A stretch of DNA of 64,000 nt, taken from the human T2T-CHM13v2.0 reference genome, Homo sapiens. The position numbers and the translations under genes were made by a program. The first letter of the stretch is position 1. Each line of letters starts with the position of its first letter. A model generated the notes under the pieces. It was not told the DNA's origin. It saw only the letters and a list, made by a program, of their open reading frames with translations, and did no database searches. The stretch lies in the NCBI RefSeq assembly GCF_009914755.1, contig NC_060925.1; one strand, 5' to 3'. This document shows positions 15,951 to 30,783 of this stretch, one piece after another.

Positions 15951-16871
15951 GAGTTGACATTCCCTTTCTATATTCAGAGAAATTGTAAGTACAAAATAAT
16001 TGTGTGCAGCCCAGTTCTACCCTTTCCATCCAAAAATGACCCAGGAAATTTCCCACGGAATGGCTCCTCTTCTCAATTTCCTTCCCATTTTAGCCAAATA
16101 GCTGGTCATAATGATGTTTGCTTGCTGAAGCAATGTCGTAAGTTCCAGCAAGAGTCCACCAGCTCAATATAACGGTAAACACAGGAGACTGAGAGCAGAA
16201 AACCAGGGTTCTAGTTCAGCCTCCCTTACATCTGGCTGTATGACATGGGATAATCTCTTGGATCTTGGTGGGTTTTTGTTTGCTTGTTTGTTTTGTTGTG
16301 TTTTGTTGTTTTCCTACTAAGTAAATTGGACTAGATTATTTGTAAAGTTTGTCCCAATGCAAAATTCTGGTTCTATAGGCACTCCCACTCTCTCTCAGTC
16401 CATTAGACTCAAAATTATGGAAAATTTGACTACATTGTTTTCCTCCAAATTATCACCAAGCATTGTCTGTTTGTTTTCATCTTTGCCTTATCCTCTTAGG
16501 CATGGTCTGTAACTTTGTTAAATTCATTCTTCCCACGCTGTCTACTTCTCATCAGATTTCCTAGCTCTGAATCTTCAGTGGTTCCTCATAGCCTACCCTA
16601 TTGTAGACTCTTCATAAAAGATGATAATATAATACACTGTGTGAAATAACTTGGCTCCAATTCATCAATCCGACCTTATTTTCCACTTCTCCAATACAGC
16701 AGAGACCATTGGCTCTTTTCTACTCCAACCTTCTATTTGCCGTTGTCCTTCATCTTAAAACTACTCATTCTCACTCCCATTCTTAGCCTGTCAAATAAAC
16801 TTCTACACGTTTTTCAAACTCTTTATTCAAGTACTCAAGACTTCCTGCCTTCAACTAGTATGATGTAGCAT

Positions 16872-17130
16872 AGCATAGTGGTTACAGATGCCTTTACTGA
16901 AGCCAGATTGCCTAGGTTCTGGCTAGGTTCAACTCCTGGTTCTGTCACTTGCTAGTTCTGGAAATTTGGATGTGTTATCTCATCTTCCTGTGCTTTGGTC
17001 TACAGAGTGGGGATAAAGTAGACCCCTATTGAAACCTATTGGATTGAGTTGCTATGAGGTTAATAAGTTAATATGTGTAAAGTACTTGGAACAGTGCCCA
17101 GCACACAGTAGGCACGCTGAAAGTGTTTGC
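16872..17130 (+). mobile_element. MIR
   Basis: ATAGTGGTTA...GCCAGATTGCCTAGGTTC...ATGTGTAAAGTACTTGGAACAGTGCCCAGCACACAGTAGGCAC. Confidence 0.78.
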
Positions 17131-17173
17131 ATTCATCAATACACCAGCTCCCTGTGGCATGCTTTGTCGGTAG

Positions 17174-17533
<360 letters not shown>

Positions 17534-19750
17534 TAAATAGTTAGAAAGTAAAGGGGAAAACAAGTATGATGCCACTGTTATTCCCACCCTCTCCATGGGC
17601 ACAGAGTACTGTTCAAACTCTTGGGGTTTACAACCAGAGAGAGAAATATGAAACTGTGGAGAGAAGCCATAATGATAATTAAAGGTTTGGAAAGTGATGA
17701 TTAGGAGGAAAGACTAAAGAACAAGGACTAATAACCCCAGAAAAGAAAAGATGACAGTTACTTGCATAAAGGTCTTTAAAATACAAAAGGCCCTTGAAAA
17801 CTCCCTGGTAATTGTTTGCTGTTCACATTTGACTATTAACTGCCTTAGGTTTTAACCATAGCCTTTCTTCTTCCTTTCCCTCTCCATAGCTGCTTTTATG
17901 TCATTCTCATTCTGGTCCCACTGCCTGGCTTACCTTAACCATATGCCAGGCAGTCATATGTATTATTCAGATTCCTCACTACAATTCTGGAAGGCGGATT
18001 TTATTAAGCTTTTTTAATTAAAGCTGATGACGATTAGTTAAATTGGCCACAGTCATGAACCCAAGCCAGTAAGTAGCAGTACAGGCATTCAAACCCAGGT
18101 CTATCTGATGCCAGAATCTAAGATCAACTGATGACACACATGTGATTTCTCCTTATGATTGACTCTTGTTGCTTTGTACTCACCACACCTACCAAGAGCT
18201 CCAACCGGGCCCAGTATAGGAACATTAGATATTCACAAAGAGCTGGTTGCTTAAAAAGAAAGTACTGACAATTTTAAATATTGCAATGATTCAAGGGGAA
18301 GTTGGGAAATGGTGTTTTTTTTTTTTGAATGATCAACATTAATAAACTAAATAACTAATTAATTTATTGGCTCTCCCTTGTGTCAGCCAGTTTAGGTGTC
18401 TCTAACAGGAGAGCCAGTGTAAGGGTCTATCAGGAAAGCTTGAGAACTTTTCAGGTTTTTTTTGTTTTTTTTTTTAAGAACAAAAGCTTTTACGTTCATA
18501 GACAATCCAATTTATAAAAAATTATTTAGCCAATAAATGCAATGACTGAAGATGTCACTAATTTATAAAGCTGCATGAACTCTGTTAGGGGCTGATAGAG
18601 ATGACTAGTCAAAAAATTTAAATCTAAGTATTTTAATACCCTTAATAAGAACAATGGAAAACTGATGAATAATCTGTTTATAACCACTCATGAAAATGCT
18701 AGTGGGTCTGTGAACTACAGAACTCAATAAATAACATCTTTATAACCTTTGCCCAAATTTCAGAAAAATCTGTGAAACAGTTACAGAAAATATGCCCATC
18801 TAAAAATGTTTCACCATTTTGTTTAATGACCACAAAATTAATAAAATATGGTGGAAATCTTGATATTCTTTATGCTATGTGAAATTCGACCTGAGTCCAC
18901 TAACTTCCTTACAAAAAGCAAGCAAACATCCCAATATAGGAGGTCCAGATAAAATGAAAAGCTCTCTTTATTCCATCATATTTGTGTTGACTTAATCCTT
19001 TGACCTTCCTTACAATTAAAATTAAATTAAACATACACTGTAAAAGCTCAGCAGAAACCTCCCAGGATCCCACAGATCTGACTCTATAAAAATATTTTCT
19101 TTGTGTGGAACATAGCACAAAATATAACCATTTTATAATCATATAATTAAGATTGAAAAGAAATCCAATGCCTCTTACCACTCTAGCAATCAAATATTTT
19201 CCTCCTGTATAATTATTTAAATTTCATTTGTACAAAAGTAACATACACTCAATGCAGAAAGATATATAATTATATTTACGTTTTATATTTTATCTATCTA
19301 TAACCAGGAATTCCATCTTTGTAATATAACCACCTTTTACATTTTAGTGTGTACTCTTTCCATTTGTTCTTGTGATATATACTGTTAAAAATAAAAATGG
19401 CATTTTACTATACACCCTATTTTATAACTTAGTTTTTCATTTAGCATTCATTATAGTTTTCTCCGATTTTTATAATCTTTACTATTCATTTTATAAACCT
19501 ACTTGACTCATTTAATGTGATATAGACCAATCGTTGTATTTTGTATTTTTAATGTATCTTATATGTAAAGATCTCAATAGTCATTGTTTAAAAACAATTA
19601 GTTTAGCAGCATCCAGATACTCTGGTTATTTATAAACCTCCACTTTGCTCTTAAATCCTGGGATGTCCTGCTTTAAGTAAACTCACATGTCAGGAGATGG
19701 AAAAATTGTTATAGTCTGAACAACTAGAAGGAAAATAATTTTAGGTAGAG

Positions 19751-19860
19751 CAGACTTGCCTGGTATACTTTTGGGGCCTGAGCAAGAGTACAAATGGAAG
19801 CCACACATCAGATGTTTTAATACTCAAAAGTTATAATTCAAACTAACAAATTGTTGAATC
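19751..19860. mobile_element. hAT-Tip100 (Zaphod/MER115-like) terminal fragment
   Basis: GGGGCCTGAGCAAGAGTACAAATGGAAGCCACA..AAAAGTTATAATTCAAACTAACAAATTGTT resembles the recalled consensus. Confidence 0.45.
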
Positions 19861-20838
19861 TCCCAGTTTGAGGAGGAAATCTACATTTGAATTAAAAAAG
19901 TATAAATGCATTTTTAGTTTGCATAACATTTTTTAAATGGTATAGTTTAGTGTTTTCAAAGTGGTTACATTTTAAAATGAGGACAACAAAATATTTTCCA
20001 AAGGTCATATTTAGAAATGTTAGAATCAGAGATTAACAACAACAAAACAGGACTCTGAATTCCCTTTTGCTGTAGTAAATCCCTAAACTAGCTCTCTCTC
20101 CTTCCTTTTTGAGGATACTGAAATTTTCCATCTAAAGCTAAGGTTTCCTGACAAATTTCAAGAAGCAGTTTTCAAAATTTAACTCAGAGGCTCTCTGCAG
20201 TTTCATGCTTTGAGATGTCTCTGTCTAACAAGTTTTTAGGGGCTCTCTTTCCTTTCATAGAGCACAGTAGTAAACCACAAAGTGATGGGTTAGCTCCAAC
20301 AGCAAAGTGAGAAGTACAATCACAATATGTTGTTCACTTTCTTTAATAGTACACTGTGATTTTAGCATAATCATTATGACCTTTATGGTACCAACAGCTA
20401 GAACTTGTTTCCATTAGTTTCTTGGCCTCCAAGCACAGATCAGACAAGAGACTCATTTAATATGGTATAAACCAACAGAGCTCTTAATAAATGCTACTTA
20501 TTACCAGAAAAAAAAAAATTAACACGGGAAACGCCAAGCCCTTCATAATCAAGGCATCTTATTTCAAAGCACTGTTGTCAATAGTTTTAGGTTCTGATAA
20601 TTGACTTGGATCCTTCAGAACCTCTAGGAATTTATGCTGATGATATTTTCCCTAAACAACTTCTCATTATGGGCACTGAAATTTACTGACCACGTGCTAT
20701 GTGCCAAGGCTCATTAGTAGGGAAGACAGCCCAAAAGCATGATTATAAGCAAAGGAGTGGCAGGGTAGAGGTGGACTCAGATTGCTACACAGGCACAGAG
20801 GGAGGGAAGGACCTGCTGCCTGGGATGGAGAGAAGGAG

Positions 20839-21396
20839 TGTATTAGTCAGGGTTCTCTAGAGGGACAGAATTAATAGGATATATGTACATATGAAAGGGA
20901 GTTTATTAAAGAAAAGTAACTCACACAATCACAAAGTAAACCTCAGGACAGGCCATCCGCAAGTTGAGGAGCAGGGAAGCCAGTGGTGGATCAGCCTGAG
21001 TCTCAAAACCTCAAAAGTAGGGAAGCCAACAGTGCGGTCTTTAATCTATAGCTGAAGACCTGGGAGCACCTGGCAAACCACTGGTTTAAATCCAAAAGTC
21101 CAAAAGCTGAAGAACTTGGAGTCTGATGTTTGAGGTCAGGAAGCATCCAGCAAGGGAGAAAGATGAAGGCAGGAAGATTCAGCAAGTCTGTTCTTCCATC
21201 TTCTTCTGCCTGCTTTATTCTAGCTACACTGATGGCTGATTACATGGTGTCCACCCAGATTGAGGGTGGGTCGGCCTCTCCCAGTCCACTGACTCAAATG
21301 TTAATCTCTTTTGGCAACACCCTCACAGACACACCCAGGAACAATACTTTGCATGTTTCAATCCAATCAAGTTGACCCTCAATATTAACCATTACA
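20839..21396 (-). mobile_element. MLT2A2 solo LTR (ERVL)
   Basis: TGTATTAGTCAGGGTTCTCTAGAGGGACAGAA...GTTGACCCTCAATATTAACCATTACA; carries the extra segment that distinguishes MLT2A2 from MLT2A1; perfect TSD AGGAG at 20834-20838 and 21397-21401. Confidence 0.92.
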
Positions 21397-21780
21397 AGGA
21401 GGGAGAAAGCAGGGGGTGCAAGAAGGTATTCACCTGCAGGGGAGAGTAGGTAGATTGGTATTATTAGAACAGCACACACAAAAAGTCAGAAGGTCAAGGA
21501 CACACACACAGTCAGAGATCAGTCAGGTTTGTGGAGGGGCCAAAATTTTGATGTACGAAGTGAAGAGAGAGACTTATGTGAAACTAACAGTTGAAAATGG
21601 CCAGAAAGATAGAGAGGGATGGACTGTAAAAGGTCCATGAAAGAACCTAGAGCCTCCCAAGGAGGCTGCCCTAAAGCTCATGCCTGTTAGGTGAAACCAC
21701 CCTACAATGAGGTGTAGGGTGACATCTCACTAATGAGGACCCTTAGTAGAATTTAAAATTTATGCTCAATTCCACTTTCT

Positions 21781-22085
21781 TTTTCTTTTTGTTTTTGAGA
21801 CAGGGTCTCACTCTGTCACCTGGGCTGGAGTGCAGTGGTGCAATCATGGCTTACTGTAGCCTCTAACTCCTGGGCTCAAGTGATCTTCCCACTGCAGCCT
21901 CCCAAGTAGCTGGGATACCGGCACATACCACCAGTCCCAGCTAATTTTTTGTGTTTTATATAGAGATGGGGTTCTGCCATGTTGCCCAGGCTGGTCTTGA
22001 ACTCCTGGACTCAAGCACTCCACCTGCCTTGGCCTATCAAAGTGGTGGGATTACAGGTGTGAGCCACGTATAATAACACCCGGCC
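21781..22085 (-). mobile_element. AluJ
   Basis: GAGACAGGGTCTCAC, CTCCTGGGCTCAAGTGATC; degenerate TSD T(C/A)AATT(C/T)CACTTTCT. Confidence 0.9.
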
Positions 22086-22569
22086 TAAATTTCACTTTCT
22101 AATGAAATGTGTTAGAACAAGATTCCATAGCTACCTCAGAGGAGACAACACATACAGCACATAAGACCTTGCTGTACTTGCCTTCTCAGATGAAGAAAGC
22201 TGGAAAAAAAAGCTGTTAAAGAGACCTTTTTATAATTAGCTTGGGAAAACAGGGGCCTTCATAAAAACAGAGATGGAGAGACCCATAGCCAAGATCCTTG
22301 GAGACTTCAGGAAGGGCAGTTGTCTAATAGTTTCTTAGCACAAGGCCATACCTGCCCCCACGCAAAAGTACTAATGCAAATGAATGTGCATGGACACTTA
22401 AGAGAGGTATAGAGGCTCAGCCTTAAGTATGTCAGTCTAAACGTTTTAATACTATCTAAACTAACAGGATATACAAAAATCCTCTGCATGTGGCCCTGAA
22501 GTGCACAGATTCTTAAAAGTCCTTCTTCTTCTAGACTCTTCACAGAACACAGATGCCACCGTACAGTTC

Positions 22570-23445
22570 CACAACTCCATTAAAAAGTGGGCAAAGGACA
22601 TGAACAGACACCTTTCAAAAGAAGACATACATGCGATCAATAAACATATGAAAAAAGCTCAACATCACCAATCATTAAAAAATGCAGATCAAAACTACAA
22701 TGAGATACTATCTCACACTAGTCAGAATGGCTACTGTTAAAAAATCAAACAATATCATGTGCTGGTGAGGTTGTGGAATAAAAGAAACGCTTATACACTG
22801 TTGGTGGAAGTGTAAATTAGTCCAACCATTGTGGAAAACAGTGTGGGAATTCCTCAAAGAGCTAAAAACAGAAATGCCATTCAACCCAGCAATCTCATTA
22901 CTGGGTATAAACCCAAAGGAATACAAATTGTTCTATCATAAAGACACATGCACATGTATGTTCACTGCAGCACTATTCACAATAGCAAAGATATGGAATA
23001 AACTTAAATGCCCATCGATGATACACTGGATAAAAAAACATGGTACATATACACCATGGAGTACTATGCAGCCGTAAAAAAAAACGAGATCATGTCCATC
23101 GCAGGAACATGGATGAAGCTGGAGGCCATTATCGTTAGTAAACTAACACAGAAACAGGAAACGAAATACCACATGTTCTCACTTATAAATGGGAGCCAAA
23201 TGATGAGAACACATGAAAACGTACAGGGGAAAAACAGACACTGGGGCCTATCAAAGGGTAGACAGTGGGAGAAGGGAGAGGATCAGGAAAAATAACTAAT
23301 GGGTACTAGGCTTGGAACCTGGATAATGAAATATAATCCATACAGCAAACCCCCGTGACATGAGTTTACCTATATAACAAACCTGCACATGTAAACCTGA
23401 ACTTAAAATAAAAGTTAAAAATAAAAATAAATAAATACATAAAAA
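22570..23445 (+). mobile_element. L1PA (older, PA13-16-like) 3' fragment with poly-A
   Basis: ORF2 C-terminus (IKKWAKDMNRHLSKEDI; FNPAISLLGINPKEYK; WYIYTMEYYAAVKKNE), 3'UTR GGATCAGGAAAAATAACTAATGGGTACTAGGCTT, A-rich tail. Confidence 0.92.
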
Positions 23446-24590
23446 CAAATGTCTGGCCTCATTAAAATTTGAGTTAAAACTATGATTCATGAGAAACTTT
23501 TGTTGTTAGAGAAAATTATTTTCATGACCCAAGCTGAACTCTAGGCTATGAAGAAACTAAATCTAAGAGAAGGCTTCACGGTGACGTCTAGAGAGGCTTT
23601 AGGAGGTCCTCAAGGAACCTCCGCTTTCCTTTGGTGGGTGTTTGTTGTTCCCTGTGTAGCACTCACTTTCCCTTCTTCTAATGGCTCCTTTAGGCCATGT
23701 CCTATCCCCGTGGCATGCAGTCCTGGTGGGATAGTCAGCAAAAGTTTCCTATCAAGGACACACGGTTCAAGCTAGACCTATCTGTTTCCTAAAAATTAAA
23801 TATTGGGTAGAATGACAGAAGAATAGGAAATTGTTGGGGTTGATTCTGTTTCTCACTCTTTCTCTCTCTTCCTCCCTCCTTCCCTCCATCTGTCTCCTTT
23901 TCATTGTGTTAAGTTAGCCAGGAATAGTTTCCACTGATTGCAACAAAAAAATCCCAAATGATATATTGCAGTTCATGCATCTCAATATCTTGTGAATCTA
24001 GTTTAACCGTCAGGAGGGCAGCCACAAGGGTAAGACAGATGAGGGGAACCTGGACAGAGATACCAAGTTTATAGCTTTCTAGAAAGCTCACTAGAATTTC
24101 CAAGTTGCTTCAAAATGGCATATGAGGAAGAGGAAAGGGACAGTGGAAGACTGTATAGAATGGAAAATCCTGCAAACATGTGCCAATGGAGGCTCTCTTG
24201 GGCACTAATTCAGGTTATGAGAGGCATTATGAGCAAGGCACAGCAGTCAGAGGGCAGTACCATGGGCCAGCTGAGTCACCGCCATGACTCAGGTACCGGC
24301 AGAACAATAAGATGGAGTCCATACACTAAGGTGCCATTCAAGAAATATTTAGGGCAATATCAGATGGATGAGGCAGAGCACCCTGGAGCAACCGGCCGCA
24401 GCCACAAGGAAAGACATGGAAGTATTGGCCGCAGCAAGTGCCAGAATTGAAGGCTACTTGCTCAGCCATTGCAGGAGGCTGTCATTTCTGACCTGGTGTC
24501 CTCACTGGCTGTTTCCCCAGAGAGAATGGGAGAGTTCTAAGGGAAATCCAGGTGTCTCAGAGGCTCCTCTGTATCACTGCTGTTGCCCTC

Positions 24591-24744
24591 TGTCAACCTA
24601 AATAACCAACAGAGAAAGCCTCTCTAAAAGAAAGTGGTGCTTATTCAGGAAAAGGGCATTGCAGTATGGGAGCCACAGTAAACAATGTGTGTATTCAGGG
24701 AGATAAGAGGTACTTAAAGAAAAATGAAGATGATTACTTTGACA
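24591..24744. mobile_element. Short ERV1-type LTR remnant (MER67/MER31-like)
   Basis: TGTCAACCTAAATAACCAAACAGAGAAAGCCTCTCTAAAAGAAA resembles an LTR terminus; ends in TTGACA. Confidence 0.45.
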
Positions 24745-26563
24745 ACTTTCACACTTCCAATAGCTGGGAAGAGACCCTAATCTCAGGACTCTTCAGGGTC
24801 TTCTACAACCTCCATATTCAGACCTACAAACAGCAGGATCTTCCAGGACCTCCCATTCTGGAGTAATTGTTTATAAAGGGAAAGTCATATAGCACAGTGG
24901 ACCTGGAGTTTGAATTCCTTTCCCCTTTGCCACAGCTGCGAAGCCCAGAGATGCCCAGTAGCCATTTCACAGGGTTGCTGTGAAGATAAATGAGATGTTG
25001 CACATAACGCATTTAGCACAGAGTCCCACGCACATGAAGTGCTCAACAAAGTTAGAGAGAGTGCCAGCAAAGATGCTCACTGACGCAACCAGGGACTGCT
25101 CCAATTCCTTCATTGTCACTATGAAACTCCTGTACACATTCTGTGGAAGAAAAAAGCCTGCTGCTATGCTTGCACCCCATGACCATTAAGTGGCCCTAGA
25201 AGACTTCTACTGCATGTGGAGGGGTCAGAAGGGCGGTGGCTGTTGCTTCAAGAAGGGGGAACGGGAGCATCTGGCAGTGACGTCCCTTAAAGCCAAGTGG
25301 CAGCTGATTCACACAAATGGTATTTGGATAGAGGTGGAAGGAGTAAGAGAGAAGCCTGCCCCTGCCTCCCAGAAGCTGGCTCCTCTCTCATCATTACAGC
25401 TGCCATCTTTCATCATCCAGGCCTCCCCCAGATGTGGCAGACAACTCACCCATAGAATCTCCTCCCACACCAGGAACATGTTGAGACTTTGTTGCCTGTT
25501 CCTGGCACTCTTAGGATCTGTGCTCTGGTCCCTTGCGTAAGTGGCAGAGAACAGCACCAGAAGAAAAGGGGTATGGGGAGATTGAAAATTGTTTTTGATG
25601 CAGCTGGAGAAAAAAATACATTCGACATTTAGGTAGATATAGTATTATGGCAAAATAAAATACTCATGTTTAGAGGAGATCCATGTTCACAGAGAAAAAA
25701 ATCACAAGTTGCAACAGTTAGCAACACAAGGCTCAATCCCTCCACTTGTACAGCTGCTTCCAGCGAGTCATGGCATTGTTGGCTCCAGCATCAGGGGTAC
25801 AATGATGGACACAATGAAAATTAACTCATTTCATTTAAAGTCAGAATATAACTTCAGCAAAAAAATTAAACTTCCTTTGGGTATTTGCACTACATTTTTA
25901 AAATATAGAAATTTCCAAATATTTTTTTCTATGTTCACGTCCAATTGCTTTTTCAACATCAACAAAATTCCACTTGGAAATTGTTCTGCTGTCACACTGC
26001 CCCTTCAGAAATGGTCCACAGGTTAGTGGTGCTGAATTCTCAGCTCACTCTTAAAAGTTCCCTGGAGGAACTCTAGCACTCATTTCCAGTGGCTTCATAT
26101 ATGAATCTAATAACAATATTTATATTTGGTATGTGGATAAGAAAATATTGTTTACCTCGAGTCCCAGACCTTGTGCTAAGCACTCTACAGGTGTCGTCTA
26201 ATTTTGCAGGTAACAAACATGGGAGAAGTTCACATCAGAGAGCTGGTAAGTAGGGAAGCTGGGATTCAAACCTGACCCACTTCTTTGCAAATCTTAGGTG
26301 ACCTTGATAGAGTTAGACGGGCATGTTTCCTCATCATGAAGACTCCAGTTTTTATAACTGTCTCTATGTCCACAGTGTCTGGCATATATTATTAGAAGCC
26401 CCCCCCAAAAGTTTATTCTTAGTCATTGGTTTTACTTCTTTAAGTGGGACACACCTGCATTTACCTCCTCCTACCGTATTCCAACTCCATAACCAAAGTA
26501 AAGCACTCCACATCTGTAGCTCTCTCTCTAGAATTCTGGGAGTAAGGTTGAAATCTAAAATAG

Positions 26564-26980
<417 letters not shown>

Positions 26981-28456
26981 TCACAGGTTTCTTCACAGAT
27001 TAGGATAAAGGATGAAGAGAAGTAAACTGAATTACTAAGGATGCAACATTAATGGAGAGAGCCAAGTGATGTAAATCGTGGCTGGCCATGAGTGGATCTT
27101 GAGTGCCAGTTATCTAGGTATCACTCCATCCAGTTTCCCCCCCTCATTCCGGTTGCCAACACAGGCATCAGAGACTTTTTCCAACTCATCCCTGCTCACA
27201 CCTCATAGCAATCCCCTGAGAATACATATATTGCTATCCCCATTTTACTGATGAGATAACTGGCTTAGAGGAGCCAAGCAACTTGCCCAAGATCACAGAA
27301 CCACAGAGTGGCAGAGCTGGATTACAACCAGCTCCCTCTAAGCCCTTAGACTGGTAACTAATATTCTGTTTTCTAATAAAACCCTAGCCTTTTGTAAAAG
27401 ATGCACTTTAGGAACATTCCTAAGATAGGTAATGACCTGCAGAGATTGCATTTCTGATCCAAATCAAACCTAGGCTGAAGGAGACGAAGCAAGGGCCAAA
27501 CACAATGATTCATTGCCTACCTTGTGAAAGACAACAGTAATTCTAGGTCAAAGTCTAATGAACGGATGTCCGCATAGCAATTAGCAGTGCCGGCATCCTG
27601 ACTGGCAGTCTTGGCAGAGCAGCTGTGATCGTCATAGAAACTGTACTCCTCTCTCCCCCACAGAGAAATTCCACGTGGCTGTTCCAGGATGGATTAGGCA
27701 CCAATGACTCTCTTTCACCCTCGAGCTGGAATCCTGCCCCTTTAACACCTTTCCAGAGAGAGGCAACCCATGGAGGGTCACAGCAAGATGGGATGGTTGT
27801 GCCTGGTAGTAAAAATATGTATCACTCTTCATTTCATCCAGCTTTGAAGCTTCTGCTAGCAGCTCACACATGACCCCAAGGGCAGCTCCTCAAGTCTGCT
27901 AAAGAAAAGTTAAGTAGAATTAATTTTGTTCAATATCTCCCATTTTGTTAGATTCATCATTTTCAGTCAAGAATGACAATATTAATGGAACCAAAAGAAT
28001 ATATACTATTAACATTTCGTCTTAATTCTACAAATGTCTAAAAGTCTCTGTAATTCCCTTAAAAATAAAAAAAATGCAATATTAATTTAGGGAGCACTCT
28101 AGTTGAGCAATCAGTTCTATAGAAAATCAACGTTATATTACTCCTATTATTTACAGTATATGGCATTACATCGTAAAACTACCTTATCTTTTACTTGGGA
28201 AGACAAGGGGTGGAGGATTTGAAGAACCAAAACTTACAGAATTCCTAGTATGAACTGAGCATATTACTTCCTCTGCATCTACAAGCTTCTTATAATTATC
28301 TCCATCTTGTATGAAAGAAAACAACCTTCAGAGAAATTAGATAACCAGTTCTCTGTCTCACAGACAGTGTGAAGCTGGTATTCAAAGCCCCGGCTGTCTG
28401 ACTCCAAAATCTCTGTTCTTTCTACTCCAAATTTCACATGTATTTATTTTACTTCA

Positions 28457-28834
<378 letters not shown>

Positions 28835-30464
28835 CTAGCTGGAACCCAACTAATTAAAATCTTGAATTAAATGATTCTTCCTCTACCATATCTCCATTCT
28901 CTGCCACCATCACATTCTCAGCCTGTAGGGATAACAAGTGGGGACAAAACAACTAGGACCTATGATTGTTTTTAATCTTTAAAATGTGCCATGAGGTAAA
29001 ATAATTAGCCCAACTTCCTAAATCAATTCCATTACACTGTGGTAACAAGGATTTCTGATATAAACCCAAAGCATTGTGAGATTTTAAATTATTGAAGAAA
29101 GATTCAATTATGTTCAGGATATCCTACTTAGGCAGGGAAATGTACTCATTTCCCTAAGTTTTTAGGTAATAAACTGAAAAAAAGTTGATTTTTTTTTTGT
29201 GTGTGTGTGAGGGGAAGGGACTATCTAGAAAACTCCATCACATAGTTCCTTGACTGCGTAGGTTAGTCTATATAATTATTTAAAAAGAAAACTTCATTTC
29301 CTTCCCAACCCCAAAACTACCATGTAGATAAAAACAAGTGCCAAGGGCAATGAGGCAAAATGCTTGTATTTGAATCCCAGTTCCATCACTAGTCAGCCTT
29401 GGGACCAATGGCAAGACCTTACCTCTTTGGCATCAGATGCTGCAGCAATGAAATAATGAGTTAGAATAAGATAATCTCCCAGTCCTTGCCTGGGGTGTGC
29501 ATTTATGAATTCATTCATTCAACAAATATAAATATTTTCATAGACACAATGTTTCAATGTTTTATGATACCATCTTGACATTCATCAGCATTACATATTT
29601 ATTAGGCAGAGTGATTACAAAGAAAGACTCAGTCATTTCCAAGGAGCTCACAAGGGGAAATCTGACATTTACACAACAGTCAAAGGTAGCCAAAGGAAAC
29701 AACAATGGTCAGTATGAGCAAGGCACTACAGGATTCCCCAAGAATCATTTAATTTTTTCATTATTTCAGTAGTTGTGCTAAGACAAAAGTGATGATCTAT
29801 GGAACACTCCTTAGCCTCCACACTGGACATGAGATTGTATTTAGTATTTGCTCTGCAGTCCTCCCTTGTTGTGAAAAGCACATATATCCAGAATAGTGAC
29901 TAAACATAACCATAGGCAAATGGCTACATGCACATAGAGAGTCTACACAGGAAATGTGAACATATATGTACTGAACATTCATACATCAATATCCATCATA
30001 TTTGCCTTCAATTCAGTGCTATAGCAAATGTTTACTGTGTGTTTGGTGCTGAGTGGGCTATAGAGGTAGAAAAGAAAGGATCTTGCCCCTCTAGGAGCAC
30101 ACCACTTATTCCATTTACTAAGAAAGACGGAAATATAACCAATTCCAACAGGGGCAATGATAGTGGTTCTAACAGTAATACTTCCAGAGTGTAGGAAAGG
30201 AATACTTAATGTTGTCTAAAGAATCTGGGAATTCTCAGAAAAGATAGGACTTTATCTGAGCTCTAAAGAAAGAGTAGCTCTTTGATGGGGCAATGTGTGT
30301 GAAAATGTGTATAGAGAAGCAAGAAGGCCTAACCTTTTAAGTAGTAACAATATGTCCAGACCCAGTGATAGGATCCATGTGGGCCAGAATCAGTAAATCC
30401 ATATGGGTGCAGCATTAGGTCTTTGAGGAATGTAGTGGAGATCAAGGTTAGAAAGAGACACCAA

Positions 30465-30783
30465 AGCCAAGCGCAGGGGCTCACGCCTGTAATCCCAGCA
30501 CTTTGGGAGGCCGAGGCAGGCGGATCACCTGATGTCAGGAGTTTGAGATCAGCCTGACCAACATGGAGAAACCCCATCTCTACTAAAAATACAAAATTAG
30601 CCAGGCGTGGTGGCACATGCCTCTAATCCCAGATACTCAGGAGGCAGAGGCAGGAAGATCGCTTGAACCCGGGAGGTGGGGGTTGTGGTGAGGGTGAGCT
30701 GAGACTGCACCATTGCACTCCAGCCTGGGCAACAAGAGCGAAATTCCATCTCAAAAAAAAAAAAAAGAAAGAAAGAAAAGAAG
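30465..30783 (+). mobile_element. AluSp-like
   Basis: CCTGACCAACATGGAGAAACCCC; TSD GAGACACCAAA(GCCA). Confidence 0.93.

Noticed and set aside
22501-23295. ORFs resembling a reverse-transcriptase protein C-terminus
   Set aside because: Frameshifted L1 ORF2 remnant from a 5'-truncated copy
24115-24601. 111-aa and 77-aa ORFs in unique sequence
   Set aside because: No recognisable domain, no poly-A/TSD of a processed pseudogene, and length is within chance expectation
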